Source: Escherichia phage S143_2
Length of the DNA: 64,000 nucleotides
Sequence record: MZ189261.1
Strand: one strand, 5' to 3'
Numbering within the stretch: position 1 is the stretch's first letter; every line of letters begins with the position of its first letter. Positions 1 through 7,906 of the stretch are shown here, piece by piece. The notes beneath the pieces are model-generated. The model worked only from the letters and a program-made list of their open reading frames with translations, ran no database searches and had not been told where the DNA came from. Position numbers and translations under genes: made by a program.

Positions 1-202
1 AAGTTCCTGCGTCCGAAAGAGCTTCTTCATAGTACCCATTAATTTCTTTAAGAGTCCTACGTTTACCACCAGGACCATCAACAGTAATTTTCCATTTACC
101 TGTAGAAGTGCGGCTCGGTGGCTCAACTTGTTCAATCCAAATATAACCACCTTCAACGCGTTGGTTGGCTGATTCTGCAATAAATTCTTTATACGTTTTC
201 AT
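1..202 (-). CDS. internal-protein-like capsid-targeted protein, 3' end outside window
   Basis: ATG at 202; translation MKTYKEFIAESANQRVEGG... matches the T4 IP N-terminal capsid-targeting sequence (MKTYQEFIAE); runs off window edge; absent from ORF track because incomplete. Confidence 0.5.
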   Translation of the reverse strand, partial: MKTYKEFIAESANQRVEGGYIWIEQVEPPSRTSTGKWKITVDGPGGKRRTLKEINGYYEEALSDAGT

Positions 203-266
203 TTTTTGTTTCCTTGTTTGTTTTGATAGAGTAATTATACCATATTAATACTTAAGCGTAAACTGT

Positions 267-527
267 TTAAGCTTTACCGCCAGAAATAATTCCGAAGTTG
301 TTAAAATCGTATCCAATATCGTCAACATCTACTTTAGGGCTTGCTACAACATAAGCAATTTCACTACGTTTTGCATAGGTGTTGATTTCTTTACCATCGC
401 CACCTAAGAAAAAATACCCATTACGTTTTAATGAGCCAAAGTCTTCCGCATCACCAATGAAAGCTTTAACTTTAAATTTGGGGCTTTTGGCATCTGCTTC
501 AGAGATAAATTCTTGGTACATTTTCAT
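267..527 (-). CDS. internal-protein-like capsid-targeted protein (86 aa)
   Basis: N-terminus MKMYQEFISEA resembles T4 IP capsid-targeting sequence with L/I-x-E cleavage motif for gp21 protease. Confidence 0.55.
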   Translation of the reverse strand: MKMYQEFISEADAKSPKFKVKAFIGDAEDFGSLKRNGYFFLGGDGKEINTYAKRSEIAYVVASPKVDVDDIGYDFNNFGIISGGKA

Positions 528-533
528 TTTTCC

Positions 534-947
534 TTAGTAAATTGATTTACCATAGTATTTGTACCAAGTAGGGCGCTGAGCAATTTTTTCATCTAAGCGT
601 GCTTGACTTATCGCAATGGACGCTTCGGACGGGACATAATTATTACGAAATTCGGCAGGGATGTCGGAAATATCCTGGACAGTCGTGTCCTTGATTTTGA
701 AACCACGTTTCAAGCATTCAGCGATTAGCTCGATTTGTCGTAAACGTAAAAATTCAAGTTTGTCGTAAAAGAATGTTACGTGACCTGTGCCTAAGATAAA
801 TGTTGGAGAGATTTTAAAATCCTTTACACGTTTACCGTTTTGAACATGTTTACGGACTGCACCAAATACGCGTGGTAATTCACGATACTCAGCCATAAGA
901 TGTTGGTCGGTCAGTTCAGAAACAAGTGTTAAATTGATACGAGTCAT
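534..947 (-). CDS. denV: endonuclease V, pyrimidine-dimer DNA glycosylase
   Basis: [31 protein letters not shown]... near-identical to T4 DenV as I recall it; start trimmed to ATG 947 preceded by GGAGGAA. Confidence 0.9.
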   Translation of the reverse strand: MTRINLTLVSELTDQHLMAEYRELPRVFGAVRKHVQNGKRVKDFKISPTFILGTGHVTFFYDKLEFLRLRQIELIAECLKRGFKIKDTTVQDISDIPAEFRNNYVPSEASIAISQARLDEKIAQRPTWYKYYGKSIY

Positions 948-1005
948 AAGTTCCTCCAAGTAGTTGATGAATGTATAGTATCAAAGTCCTTGGAGGAAGT
1001 AAACA

Positions 1006-1287
1006 CTATTTTTCTGAAGCGCCTGAAATATATTTTTCAAGACGTTGTTTCATCAGCGAGCCGTTCTTAGCGATTTCTTCCGGTTTATCGCACATACGCA
1101 ACAAGGCTTCAAGCTTAACGATATCGCTGGTACGTTCAAATTTGCGAGTATCTATCTTACTAGCAAGTTCAGAAATACGTGCTAATAGACTTTCAGCTTC
1201 AACCAAAGCTGCACCTAGCTTAGTTGCAAATGTGTCAGTAGCTTCGTTAAGAATAGATTCTGATAAAAATTCACTATATGTTTTCAT
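1006..1287 (-). CDS. internal-protein-like capsid-targeted protein (93 aa)
   Basis: Starts [11 protein letters not shown] at internal ATG 1287; ATGA stop/start overlap with e. Confidence 0.55.
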   Translation of the reverse strand: MKTYSEFLSESILNEATDTFATKLGAALVEAESLLARISELASKIDTRKFERTSDIVKLEALLRMCDKPEEIAKNGSLMKQRLEKYISGASEK

Positions 1288-1772
1288 ATATACGCTTTCC
1301 AAGTTCCTGTTTTAAATGTTGAGATTACGCGTTTCGCGCGATTAGGTGTCTGACGATACCATTTAGATTGGGCTAGATTTACTGCCGCTTCGTCCCAACG
1401 TTTCTGTTGAAGCATACGAAGAGAATTAGTAAAACCAGCGACGCCTGCTACACCCATTTGGAAGACCATATTGACCAATGCACATCGACGAACTGCATCT
1501 AAAGAATCGTATACCGGTTTAAGTTTAGCATTACCCAAGATTCCGCGAACAGCTTTATCAACGTCTTCATTAAATAACTTTTCAGCCTCATCAAGGGTAA
1601 TTGTACCGTTGCATTTACGTCCGATCATTCTGTCAAGTTCAGCTTTAGCTACGGCTAAAGACGGGTTCTTTGTTACTAAATGACCTATGCCAATCGTCCA
1701 AAAGCCTTCAGTGTCTTTGTATAAAGTCAGTCTAAGACCTTCGTCATTACGAAGCATTTCAAATATATTCAT
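1284..1772 (-). CDS. e: endolysin, T4 lysozyme
   Basis: [23 protein letters not shown]...TIGIGHL about 80% identical to T4 lysozyme by eye, catalytic Glu11/Asp20 present; start trimmed to MNIF with GGAGGT SD. Confidence 0.93.
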   Translation of the reverse strand: MNIFEMLRNDEGLRLTLYKDTEGFWTIGIGHLVTKNPSLAVAKAELDRMIGRKCNGTITLDEAEKLFNEDVDKAVRGILGNAKLKPVYDSLDAVRRCALVNMVFQMGVAGVAGFTNSLRMLQQKRWDEAAVNLAQSKWYRQTPNRAKRVISTFKTGTWKAYI

Positions 1773-1773
1773 A

Positions 1774-1799
1774 ATACCTCCCACGTTTATAGGAGGTAT
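1774..1799 (-). promoter_or_regulatory. inverted repeat pairing the e Shine-Dalgarno (ATACCTCC / GGAGGTAT), loop contains TATAAACG
   Basis: Perfect 8-bp inverted repeat directly upstream of e ATG; mirrors the known T4 e early-transcript translational block. Confidence 0.6.
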
Positions 1800-1806
1800 T
1801 TATTAC

Positions 1807-2265
1807 TTATAGGATGGTAGTGAGCACCTTATATAATGATTTGCCCATTACATATTCCCATTGAGAAGGTTTAATTAAAGCGAATGCATCAAATTCAGGA
1901 ATCTGTCGTCCGTCTGGGAATGTATGATAGGAATTACAAACACTGTTTCTGAATTGCTCGTGCTCTACAGGGATGGTATATAGGAACAGATGAATATTCT
2001 TATTGTCTGAGTAATGATGTTCACCTAGGTCTTTCAGGAAGGCAGGGTCATATTGTGTAAACCCAGTTTCTTCTTCGCATTCACGAATAGCGGCTTCGAT
2101 AGGAGATTCGCCGGGCTCGACACGACCTTTAGGAATATCCCACCGATGAGCTAAAGAACCTTTAGGACGAGAACCAGTTACACGCCCCATGAATAATTCT
2201 TTATCTTCGGTAAGGAAAATAATACCAGCTGATAGTTCTTTCACTTTATTTTTCTTACTCATCAT
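1807..2265 (-). CDS. nudE: Nudix hydrolase
   Basis: Nudix box GRVEPGESPIEAAIRECEEETGF; position immediately upstream of e as T4 e.1; start chosen at MSKKNK after AGGAA. Confidence 0.85.
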   Translation of the reverse strand: MMSKKNKVKELSAGIIFLTEDKELFMGRVTGSRPKGSLAHRWDIPKGRVEPGESPIEAAIRECEEETGFTQYDPAFLKDLGEHHYSDNKNIHLFLYTIPVEHEQFRNSVCNSYHTFPDGRQIPEFDAFALIKPSQWEYVMGKSLYKVLTTIL

Positions 2266-2753
2266 CTCAAATTCCTGCATTCGGTAATAAAACGTTCAAC
2301 TTCATTATTCTTGGCCTTTATCTTGTCTTTATGTTCTTGTAAACTACTTTTAATAAGATTAATAATGATGGCGGTGGTGCCGCCGCCAATGATGCCACCA
2401 ACAACACTTATGATAATAGATGCTAATAAGATAGCAATAATATCAACAAAACCTAAAGAACTCACCTTAGTACTGAAAAACCATATAGACGGTACAAATA
2501 TAATCCATCCTGTTATCCATTGGCACTTATTGAAAAACTTTTCAAGCTCAGCTTGAGTTGTTTGTATTACTTCATCGATAGGTTGATATCCATTAATGTA
2601 TCTGTTCACGATAATACCTGCTGGCTGGTCGATTTTAAATTCTTGGCAAATACGTTTCACTAAGTAGGATGGACAGGATGTCCAATCTACTGAATAGTAT
2701 GAAATACCTTCATTGCCATCGTCTATATTAGACCAATATGTTTTGTTAATCAT
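2262..2753 (-). CDS. small membrane protein (163 aa), two predicted TM helices, unknown function
   Basis: Hydrophobic stretches WITGWIIFVPSIWFF and FVDIIAILLASIIISVVGGIIGGG; C-terminal ERFITECR motif. Confidence 0.6.
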   Translation of the reverse strand: MINKTYWSNIDDGNEGISYYSVDWTSCPSYLVKRICQEFKIDQPAGIIVNRYINGYQPIDEVIQTTQAELEKFFNKCQWITGWIIFVPSIWFFSTKVSSLGFVDIIAILLASIIISVVGGIIGGGTTAIIINLIKSSLQEHKDKIKAKNNEVERFITECRNLR

Positions 2754-3439
2754 TACCAGCCTTCCATAGGGAATTCCAGATAAACTTGAGCATTGACACG
2801 AATTTCATTGGTAATCTTTTTAACTCGGTCTGTATTACGAGATACACGTCCGAACCAACGCCATCCATTACTAATTGCACGAGAACCAGTGTGCCATGTT
2901 TGCCAATCAAACTGAAGAAGAGTACGATCTGGAGCTTCCCATTTCTCTAGTTCACCTTTTTCAATTTTTTCGAGGACTTCTTTGTGCCACTGGCGATAGA
3001 TAAGTTCGCCATCAGGAATCTGACTGAACTCTGCAGTTCCTGTTGCAAAATGAGTAGGACACACATCAGCGTTAACAAGACCAAGAATATGTTCAGACAA
3101 ATAGCGAGGATTGTCATAATCAGGTTGTCCTGCAGTAATAAAGTGTTGACCGACTGGAATATCTGGGCGAGGAACATCATCATGGTGATATCCAGGAATA
3201 GCAGGATACCAACCGGGCATCAGCATGTGAACTCGTGAATCAAATACTACATCCGAGTCTTTCCAATCGTCAGGAAGATTTTGGATAAAGCTACGAGTAA
3301 TCGGGCCACCATTATCAAAAGCAAAATTCAAATCGCAGTTAAAGAACATAGGCTCGTTTTTAATCTGGTCGTTTTTAATCGCATGAGCAAAACCACCTAC
3401 TGCACGAGCTTGGCTATTAAACACTTTAGAACTATTCAT
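2753..3439 (-). CDS. hypothetical protein (228 aa), His/Asp-rich motif
   Basis: Long ORF with SD GAGGAAAA; motif GYHHDD...HF; no family recognised. Confidence 0.6.
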   Translation of the reverse strand: MNSSKVFNSQARAVGGFAHAIKNDQIKNEPMFFNCDLNFAFDNGGPITRSFIQNLPDDWKDSDVVFDSRVHMLMPGWYPAIPGYHHDDVPRPDIPVGQHFITAGQPDYDNPRYLSEHILGLVNADVCPTHFATGTAEFSQIPDGELIYRQWHKEVLEKIEKGELEKWEAPDRTLLQFDWQTWHTGSRAISNGWRWFGRVSRNTDRVKKITNEIRVNAQVYLEFPMEGW

Positions 3440-3440
3440 A

Positions 3441-3746
3441 TTATTTTCCTCGACATTCTTTAATGAAATTTTCTAGATTGGTAGATTCAATAGCTTTTTT
3501 ACGAGCTTCTGCGTGTTCTTCTTCAGACAATTTACATTTATAATTGACCCAGACATTATGGTCGAAACTAGTCGTGGCATATAATAACAATGCTCCAACG
3601 AATAGCAAAAACGGTGATAAGAATACGAAACCAGGAACACCATCCATATCGTAGGCCTTTTGTAATACTGCAACAGAAAGAGCTGCGTAAAAAGGTGATG
3701 CAAATATTGTTAAAAGACCGATTCGGTTGGTTTCTGTTAATTTCAT
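3441..3746 (-). CDS. small membrane protein (101 aa)
   Basis: Two hydrophobic helices; C-terminus ...LENFIKECRGK; SD GAGGAGAA; downstream of early-promoter cassette. Confidence 0.6.
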   Translation of the reverse strand: MKLTETNRIGLLTIFASPFYAALSVAVLQKAYDMDGVPGFVFLSPFLLFVGALLLYATTSFDHNVWVNYKCKLSEEEHAEARKKAIESTNLENFIKECRGK

Positions 3747-3764
3747 AATATTCTCCTCATGTTT

Positions 3765-3806
3765 TAATAGGACTACTATATCATAGTCCTATAATTGTGT
3801 AAACAG
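3765..3806 (-). promoter_or_regulatory. early-promoter-like cassette with embedded stem-loop (copy 1)
   Basis: Minus strand GTTTAC (-35) then inverted repeat ATAGGACTA/TAGTCCTAT over the -10 region; near-identical copies at 5059-5101 and 12714-12756. Confidence 0.6.
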
Positions 3807-3816
3807 TTTTGTGAAG

Positions 3817-4773
3817 TTATTTGAAAGGTTTTACCATATGGAAATTTTGTTTGAAACGTTTGACGTAATCATCATGTCCTAAGCTTTGGTACATACTTAC
3901 TACTTTGCTGTAGTTTTCCCAGGCATACTCACGGAACCAACCAGAGGTGATGCTTGTACAGACTTTTTCCAATGCCATCATAAAACTGGCTTCAGGGTTA
4001 ATTTTAAAGTCATTAGGAATTTGAGAACGTTCTAATGCTAGTACACATGATTCTTCGTATACACCGGCCAATTTGACCATTTCTGGTAACGATTCAAACT
4101 TCTCGCGTGAGGTCATGACTTCAGAACCGTCTTTCATATAAAATGTATACGCTGGACGGTCTGTTAGTGCAATGGCTTCATGAATAGTATCATGGTCATA
4201 CGTATAGATGTCATCTTTAAAGAACGCACTTTTAGAAGTGTCAAGAACTGGGTGAGCATAGTTCAAGGTTTCTTTCTGGCGTTTCAGCATAATTTCAGTA
4301 AGTTCATCGTTCAGTGTAACACCTTTACCACGAAGATACTGAATATGGTTCATAGTCTTTAAAAAGAATGGATTATTTTTCTTGAAACGATGAGACAACT
4401 TAATTGCAAGACATATCTCAGGAGTTGCCCAGTAAAACCCGTTCAAACGGTCTTTAGTCAAATTTTTCTTGGCGTATTTTAAAAGGTCATAAGAAGACGT
4501 GAAATCTTCAGGAGTGAGTTCACCTACTAATTCACGGACATTAGTGATTGCCGGAACAATATATGCTTCAAAATGAGTTTCGCGTCCATTATGGAAGCAT
4601 TTGAAAACTTGGACATCAGGGTTATCTTGATGAACATATACACCCATCATTTGATTTTTGAATGCATTCCAAGAACCTTGGTCTGCAATAAAGTCCCAGT
4701 CACTATTTTTGATAGCGTTAGAATCAATAAGACCATGATAGTGAAGTGCACGAGAACCAATAACTAACATCAT
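3817..4773 (-). CDS. hypothetical protein (318 aa), possible nucleotidyltransferase-fold N-terminus
   Basis: Strong SD GAGGAAAA; N-terminal LVIGSRA...SDWDFIA loosely fits the G[GS]...DxD NTase pattern; no family recognised. Confidence 0.6.
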   Translation of the reverse strand: MMLVIGSRALHYHGLIDSNAIKNSDWDFIADQGSWNAFKNQMMGVYVHQDNPDVQVFKCFHNGRETHFEAYIVPAITNVRELVGELTPEDFTSSYDLLKYAKKNLTKDRLNGFYWATPEICLAIKLSHRFKKNNPFFLKTMNHIQYLRGKGVTLNDELTEIMLKRQKETLNYAHPVLDTSKSAFFKDDIYTYDHDTIHEAIALTDRPAYTFYMKDGSEVMTSREKFESLPEMVKLAGVYEESCVLALERSQIPNDFKINPEASFMMALEKVCTSITSGWFREYAWENYSKVVSMYQSLGHDDYVKRFKQNFHMVKPFK

Positions 4774-4801
4774 AATATTTTCCTCGGATTAATTCATTAA
4801 C

Positions 4802-5053
4802 TTAAATTTCACGACATGCGATATCATATTCATCCCAGAGGTCATCGTGTGAAGCCTCTACCAATGGAACGATTGTACCATTTATGTCTTCATTATAAGG
4901 GCAAATTGTACAGTGCGCATCTTCGAATCGGATACCTTTGTGTTCAGATTTTTTATAACGCATATCGAATATCTTTGCAAATTTTTCACGAGTAATGGTT
5001 TTACCAACCACTTTGGTTCCGATACTTTCGTAATAAATCATTGTGGACTCCAT
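4802..5053 (-). CDS. hypothetical protein (79-83 aa)
   Basis: ORF downstream of early-promoter cassette; alternative start at 5041. Confidence 0.5.
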   Translation of the reverse strand: MESTMIYYESIGTKVVGKTITREKFAKIFDMRYKKSEHKGIRFEDAHCTICPYNEDINGTIVPLVEASHDDLWDEYDIACREI

Positions 5054-5058
5054 TTAAT

Positions 5059-5101
5059 TTGATAGGACTACTATAACATAGCCCTATCTTGTTGTAAACT
5101 G
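5059..5101 (-). promoter_or_regulatory. early-promoter-like cassette with stem-loop (copy 2)
   Basis: gataggactactataacatagccctat...gtaaac, about 85-90% identical to copies at 3765 and 12714. Confidence 0.6.
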
Positions 5102-5103
5102 TT

Positions 5104-5301
5104 TTAGCAAGAATAACTAGACGATACCCAGCCTTGAACAGTGATACTATTGTGGGATAATGAGATCGCGTCCTGGAGATTCAGACCTGCGTTATCTTCA
5201 ATCCATAACGTAACTTCTTCGCGTTCTTCTGTTGCAATTTGGAACAGGTTTTCCAGAGCAGCTACTGCCGTACGTACAGCACAATCTAATTCACGAGACA
5301 T
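5104..5301 (-). CDS. small protein, paralog family member (65 aa)
   Basis: C-terminus ...QGWVSSSYSC shared with the next two ORFs. Confidence 0.5.
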   Translation of the reverse strand: MSRELDCAVRTAVAALENLFQIATEEREEVTLWIEDNAGLNLQDAISLSHNSITVQGWVSSSYSC

Positions 5302-5310
5302 ATGGTTTCC

Positions 5311-5583
5311 TTAGCAAGTGTGAGAAGATGCGATCCAACCACCAGTTTCGAGGCTTAGGTTGTAGTCGTATTGGTAAACGTCGGCCCATTCAGCATAGCC
5401 GTTTTTTGTACAACGTTCAAGGTCGGCTTTAAGCTGTCCGGGTGAATGATATGTTCCACCCATACCATAAGCTGGATACAAGTCGAATGTTGTGTTTTGT
5501 TTATCAGCAATTTCTTTGGCAGCCTCAATAGCTGCATAGATTTTTGCTACAGCTTCAGCCAATTCGGTTTGTTCTTTAGACAT
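5311..5583 (-). CDS. small protein, paralog family member (90 aa)
   Basis: C-terminus ...GGWIASSHTC; stop overlaps TAAGGAA SD of next gene. Confidence 0.55.
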   Translation of the reverse strand: MSKEQTELAEAVAKIYAAIEAAKEIADKQNTTFDLYPAYGMGGTYHSPGQLKADLERCTKNGYAEWADVYQYDYNLSLETGGWIASSHTC

Positions 5584-5592
5584 AGTGATTCC

Positions 5593-5898
5593 TTAGCACA
5601 ACGCAGAAGACGAAACCCAAGCACCTTCAGTAATAACGTAACCGTTACCTTCACGCTTAACATCGCCACCATTATTTTCAATTTCATCTTTCATCCACTG
5701 GGATACGATTTCACCCTTAGGATAATAAGTACGACCGCTACCATAATCACCTACAGAAAATGATACGGCATATTGGTCTGCGATCTTTGTTGCTTCTTCT
5801 TCGATACGTTCAGCTTGATTCAGAAGTTTATAAATTGCGTCTGAAGCGGATTTGGCATCATTAAACTCTGGTACTTTAATTTCAATAATCTTACTCAT
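5593..5898 (-). CDS. small protein, paralog family member (101 aa)
   Basis: C-terminus ...GAWVSSSALC; ATGA overlap with upstream gene. Confidence 0.55.
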   Translation of the reverse strand: MSKIIEIKVPEFNDAKSASDAIYKLLNQAERIEEEATKIADQYAVSFSVGDYGSGRTYYPKGEIVSQWMKDEIENNGGDVKREGNGYVITEGAWVSSSALC

Positions 5899-6254
5899 TT
5901 TCTACATTCCTTAATAAAGTTTTCGATTGTTTCATTTTCACGTCTAGCTAGGAGTTCATTATAACTAATCATTTGAGAAGCGTAAACCTTTTTATTTTTC
6001 TTGTTATGGTTTATAAAGTCGTAGTAAAAATAGACTACAGTACAAAAGGATGCGATGGATGCAAAGGCTTGGGTATACCGTAAGTCCTGCCATTGGTCTG
6101 TGAATCCACCAGTGTTCCCTATAAATCCTAACACAACGCCGTCAATAAGAAATCCAACTAATCCAAAGGCAAATCCCATGCCAATACTCATAATAAAAAT
6201 TAGAATGTTCTCACCAAGAGAAGGCCATACGGTTAAGAGTTGAGGCTTTTGCAT
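5895..6254 (-). CDS. small polytopic membrane protein (119 aa)
   Basis: Multiple hydrophobic helices; C-terminus ...IENFIKECRK. Confidence 0.6.
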   Translation of the reverse strand: MQKPQLLTVWPSLGENILIFIMSIGMGFAFGLVGFLIDGVVLGFIGNTGGFTDQWQDLRYTQAFASIASFCTVVYFYYDFINHNKKNKKVYASQMISYNELLARRENETIENFIKECRK

Positions 6255-6628
6255 CTTATTTCCTTAACGAATTCCATAGCTTCTTCATATTCATACTTTT
6301 TAACAGCTTCATCATACTGAGCTTGGGCTTTTGCGCACTGAACTTTCCATTCTCTTAATCGGGCTCTGTGATGACGGCCTTGGTGCCAATATCCTGCCCA
6401 ATTAATAGGCATTAATAAAAACGGTACAATAAGTGGTGCGACGAACATTAATGAAAACGCTGCATCAGACGATATAACTTTATTGGAATCTAAAACAGCT
6501 CCTATAATCATAAAGATTAAAAACGCTAAAGCTAAAATAGGGCCAAATAGTACTTCATTTGGGATTAATTTACGCTTGTATTCATACGCCCAGGGCTTAC
6601 TTGGCATGTATAGGGTTGGCTTTGACAT
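6233..6628 (-). CDS. small membrane protein (about 131 aa)
   Basis: Start trimmed to ATG 6628 (track start was TTG); TM segments LFGPILALAFLIFMIIGAVL and AFSLMFVAPLIVPFLL; C-terminal EFVKEIRCK. Confidence 0.55.
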   Translation of the reverse strand: MSKPTLYMPSKPWAYEYKRKLIPNEVLFGPILALAFLIFMIIGAVLDSNKVISSDAAFSLMFVAPLIVPFLLMPINWAGYWHQGRHHRARLREWKVQCAKAQAQYDEAVKKYEYEEAMEFVKEIRCKSLNS

Positions 6629-7193
6629 ATTCTCTACATTCCATAATAAATTGCTCAAGGATTAAATTGTTAGTGAAATTAGGACTAACAACCATGGTTT
6701 CATAAAGCGCATCAATAGCACTTAAAGCATCAACTCTTTTAAGCAAAGGCTTGCCTTCATACATAGTTTCAGAATCGACGATTAAAGTGAAGTAGTATTT
6801 TTTATTATTGACCAGAACTTCTGTATCAATATAAAACATGTTAGACCTTAAAAGCTTGTCTCTAAAGCCTATGTAATCATCTGAACGTTCACTGATATAG
6901 TCCCATTCAGTGTTTAAACAACAAACAGACCACGTAGGAGCAACGAAATCAGTGAATCTAATATCATGGTCTGCAACTAGTTTAGCAATAGCTCCGATAT
7001 CATGAATCATAATACCTGGGGCTAATAAAGATTTTCGGTTATTTGCATATTCAGTTGTCTCATAAGAAGACGACCAGTACCATTTACGTCCAGTTGCAAC
7101 ATATCGTAATGAATCAACTAAAGACGTAGGTGGATTTACCTTATCTCGGAACTCTTCGAACATTGAGTCAATATCATTATTTTGGTTTCGCAT
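6597..7193 (-). CDS. hypothetical protein (about 198 aa)
   Basis: Start trimmed to ATG 7193 with AAGGAG SD; contains EQFIMECR near C-terminus. Confidence 0.55.
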   Translation of the reverse strand: MRNQNNDIDSMFEEFRDKVNPPTSLVDSLRYVATGRKWYWSSSYETTEYANNRKSLLAPGIMIHDIGAIAKLVADHDIRFTDFVAPTWSVCCLNTEWDYISERSDDYIGFRDKLLRSNMFYIDTEVLVNNKKYYFTLIVDSETMYEGKPLLKRVDALSAIDALYETMVVSPNFTNNLILEQFIMECREYVKANPIHAK

Positions 7194-7210
7194 GTTAACT
7201 CCTTTATTAT

Positions 7211-7238
7211 CCAAAAGGAGGACCGGAGTCCTCCGTAT
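7211..7238 (-). terminator. intrinsic terminator-like hairpin (GGAGGAC..GTCCTCC + T-run on minus strand)
   Basis: Perfect 7-bp stem followed by TTTTGG on the minus strand. Confidence 0.5.
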
Positions 7239-7242
7239 TATT

Positions 7243-7836
7243 TTATTTCAAAGAGTTAATATATTCTTGTACATCAGCAGAAGTGGTTTCGACACCAGCT
7301 GGAGTACCATTGAACGTTTCAACACGAGTCAGAGTGTCTTCGATATCAACCTTAGTCAGTGCAGCGATTTCAATTACATCATCAGCCGTAGAGATACCAA
7401 GGGCATTAGCTGCTCGAGTTTCACGAATGTATTCGAGTTTGATTGCCAGATTCTGACGAGCATCGTCAAGTTCAACAACCTTACGAGCAATTTCAATTCG
7501 CATAGCGGCATACCCGTCAGCTTTTGTATTAAGTTGTTCGGCAGTTCGACGATACAGAAGACCAAGCTTGGCATGCATGGTAACATCTTGTCCTTCAGCC
7601 AGGAGCTTACGAATTTCACGTTCCTTAGAAGCGGCTTGCTTATTCTTTTCAATAACAAGTTCGCGAATACGTTTTTCTTCATTAATAGATTTAACAGAAG
7701 CCGTTTTTAGTTCTTTGATTTGGGTAATCAACTTATCTGCAGCTGCGTTATACTGTTCTTCGACAGTCAGATTTTTAGCCATAGCAGTACCCAGTTTAGT
7801 GCGGATGAATTCAACAAGTTTCTTCAGTGTGTTCAT
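7243..7836 (-). CDS. coiled-coil protein (about 197 aa), unknown function
   Basis: Start trimmed to ATG 7836 with AAGGTAA SD; heptad-rich helical sequence; own early promoter upstream. Confidence 0.55.
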   Translation of the reverse strand: MNTLKKLVEFIRTKLGTAMAKNLTVEEQYNAAADKLITQIKELKTASVKSINEEKRIRELVIEKNKQAASKEREIRKLLAEGQDVTMHAKLGLLYRRTAEQLNTKADGYAAMRIEIARKVVELDDARQNLAIKLEYIRETRAANALGISTADDVIEIAALTKVDIEDTLTRVETFNGTPAGVETTSADVQEYINSLK

Positions 7837-7865
7837 ATTATTACCTTTCAATTGGTGGTTTATTA

Positions 7866-7900
7866 TCCAACGAGAGCATTATACTCTGCTCTCAAGAGTT
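7866..7900 (-). promoter_or_regulatory. early-promoter-like element with inverted repeat GAGAGCA/TGCTCTC
   Basis: Minus strand ATTTAC -35-like box followed by a stem-loop over the -10 region. Confidence 0.4.
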
Positions 7901-7906
7901 TGTAAA

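Noticed and set aside
971-1315. Plus-strand 114-aa ORF
   Set aside because: Antisense to the ipIII-like gene and the e 3' end, which have SD sequences and homology; low-complexity translation.
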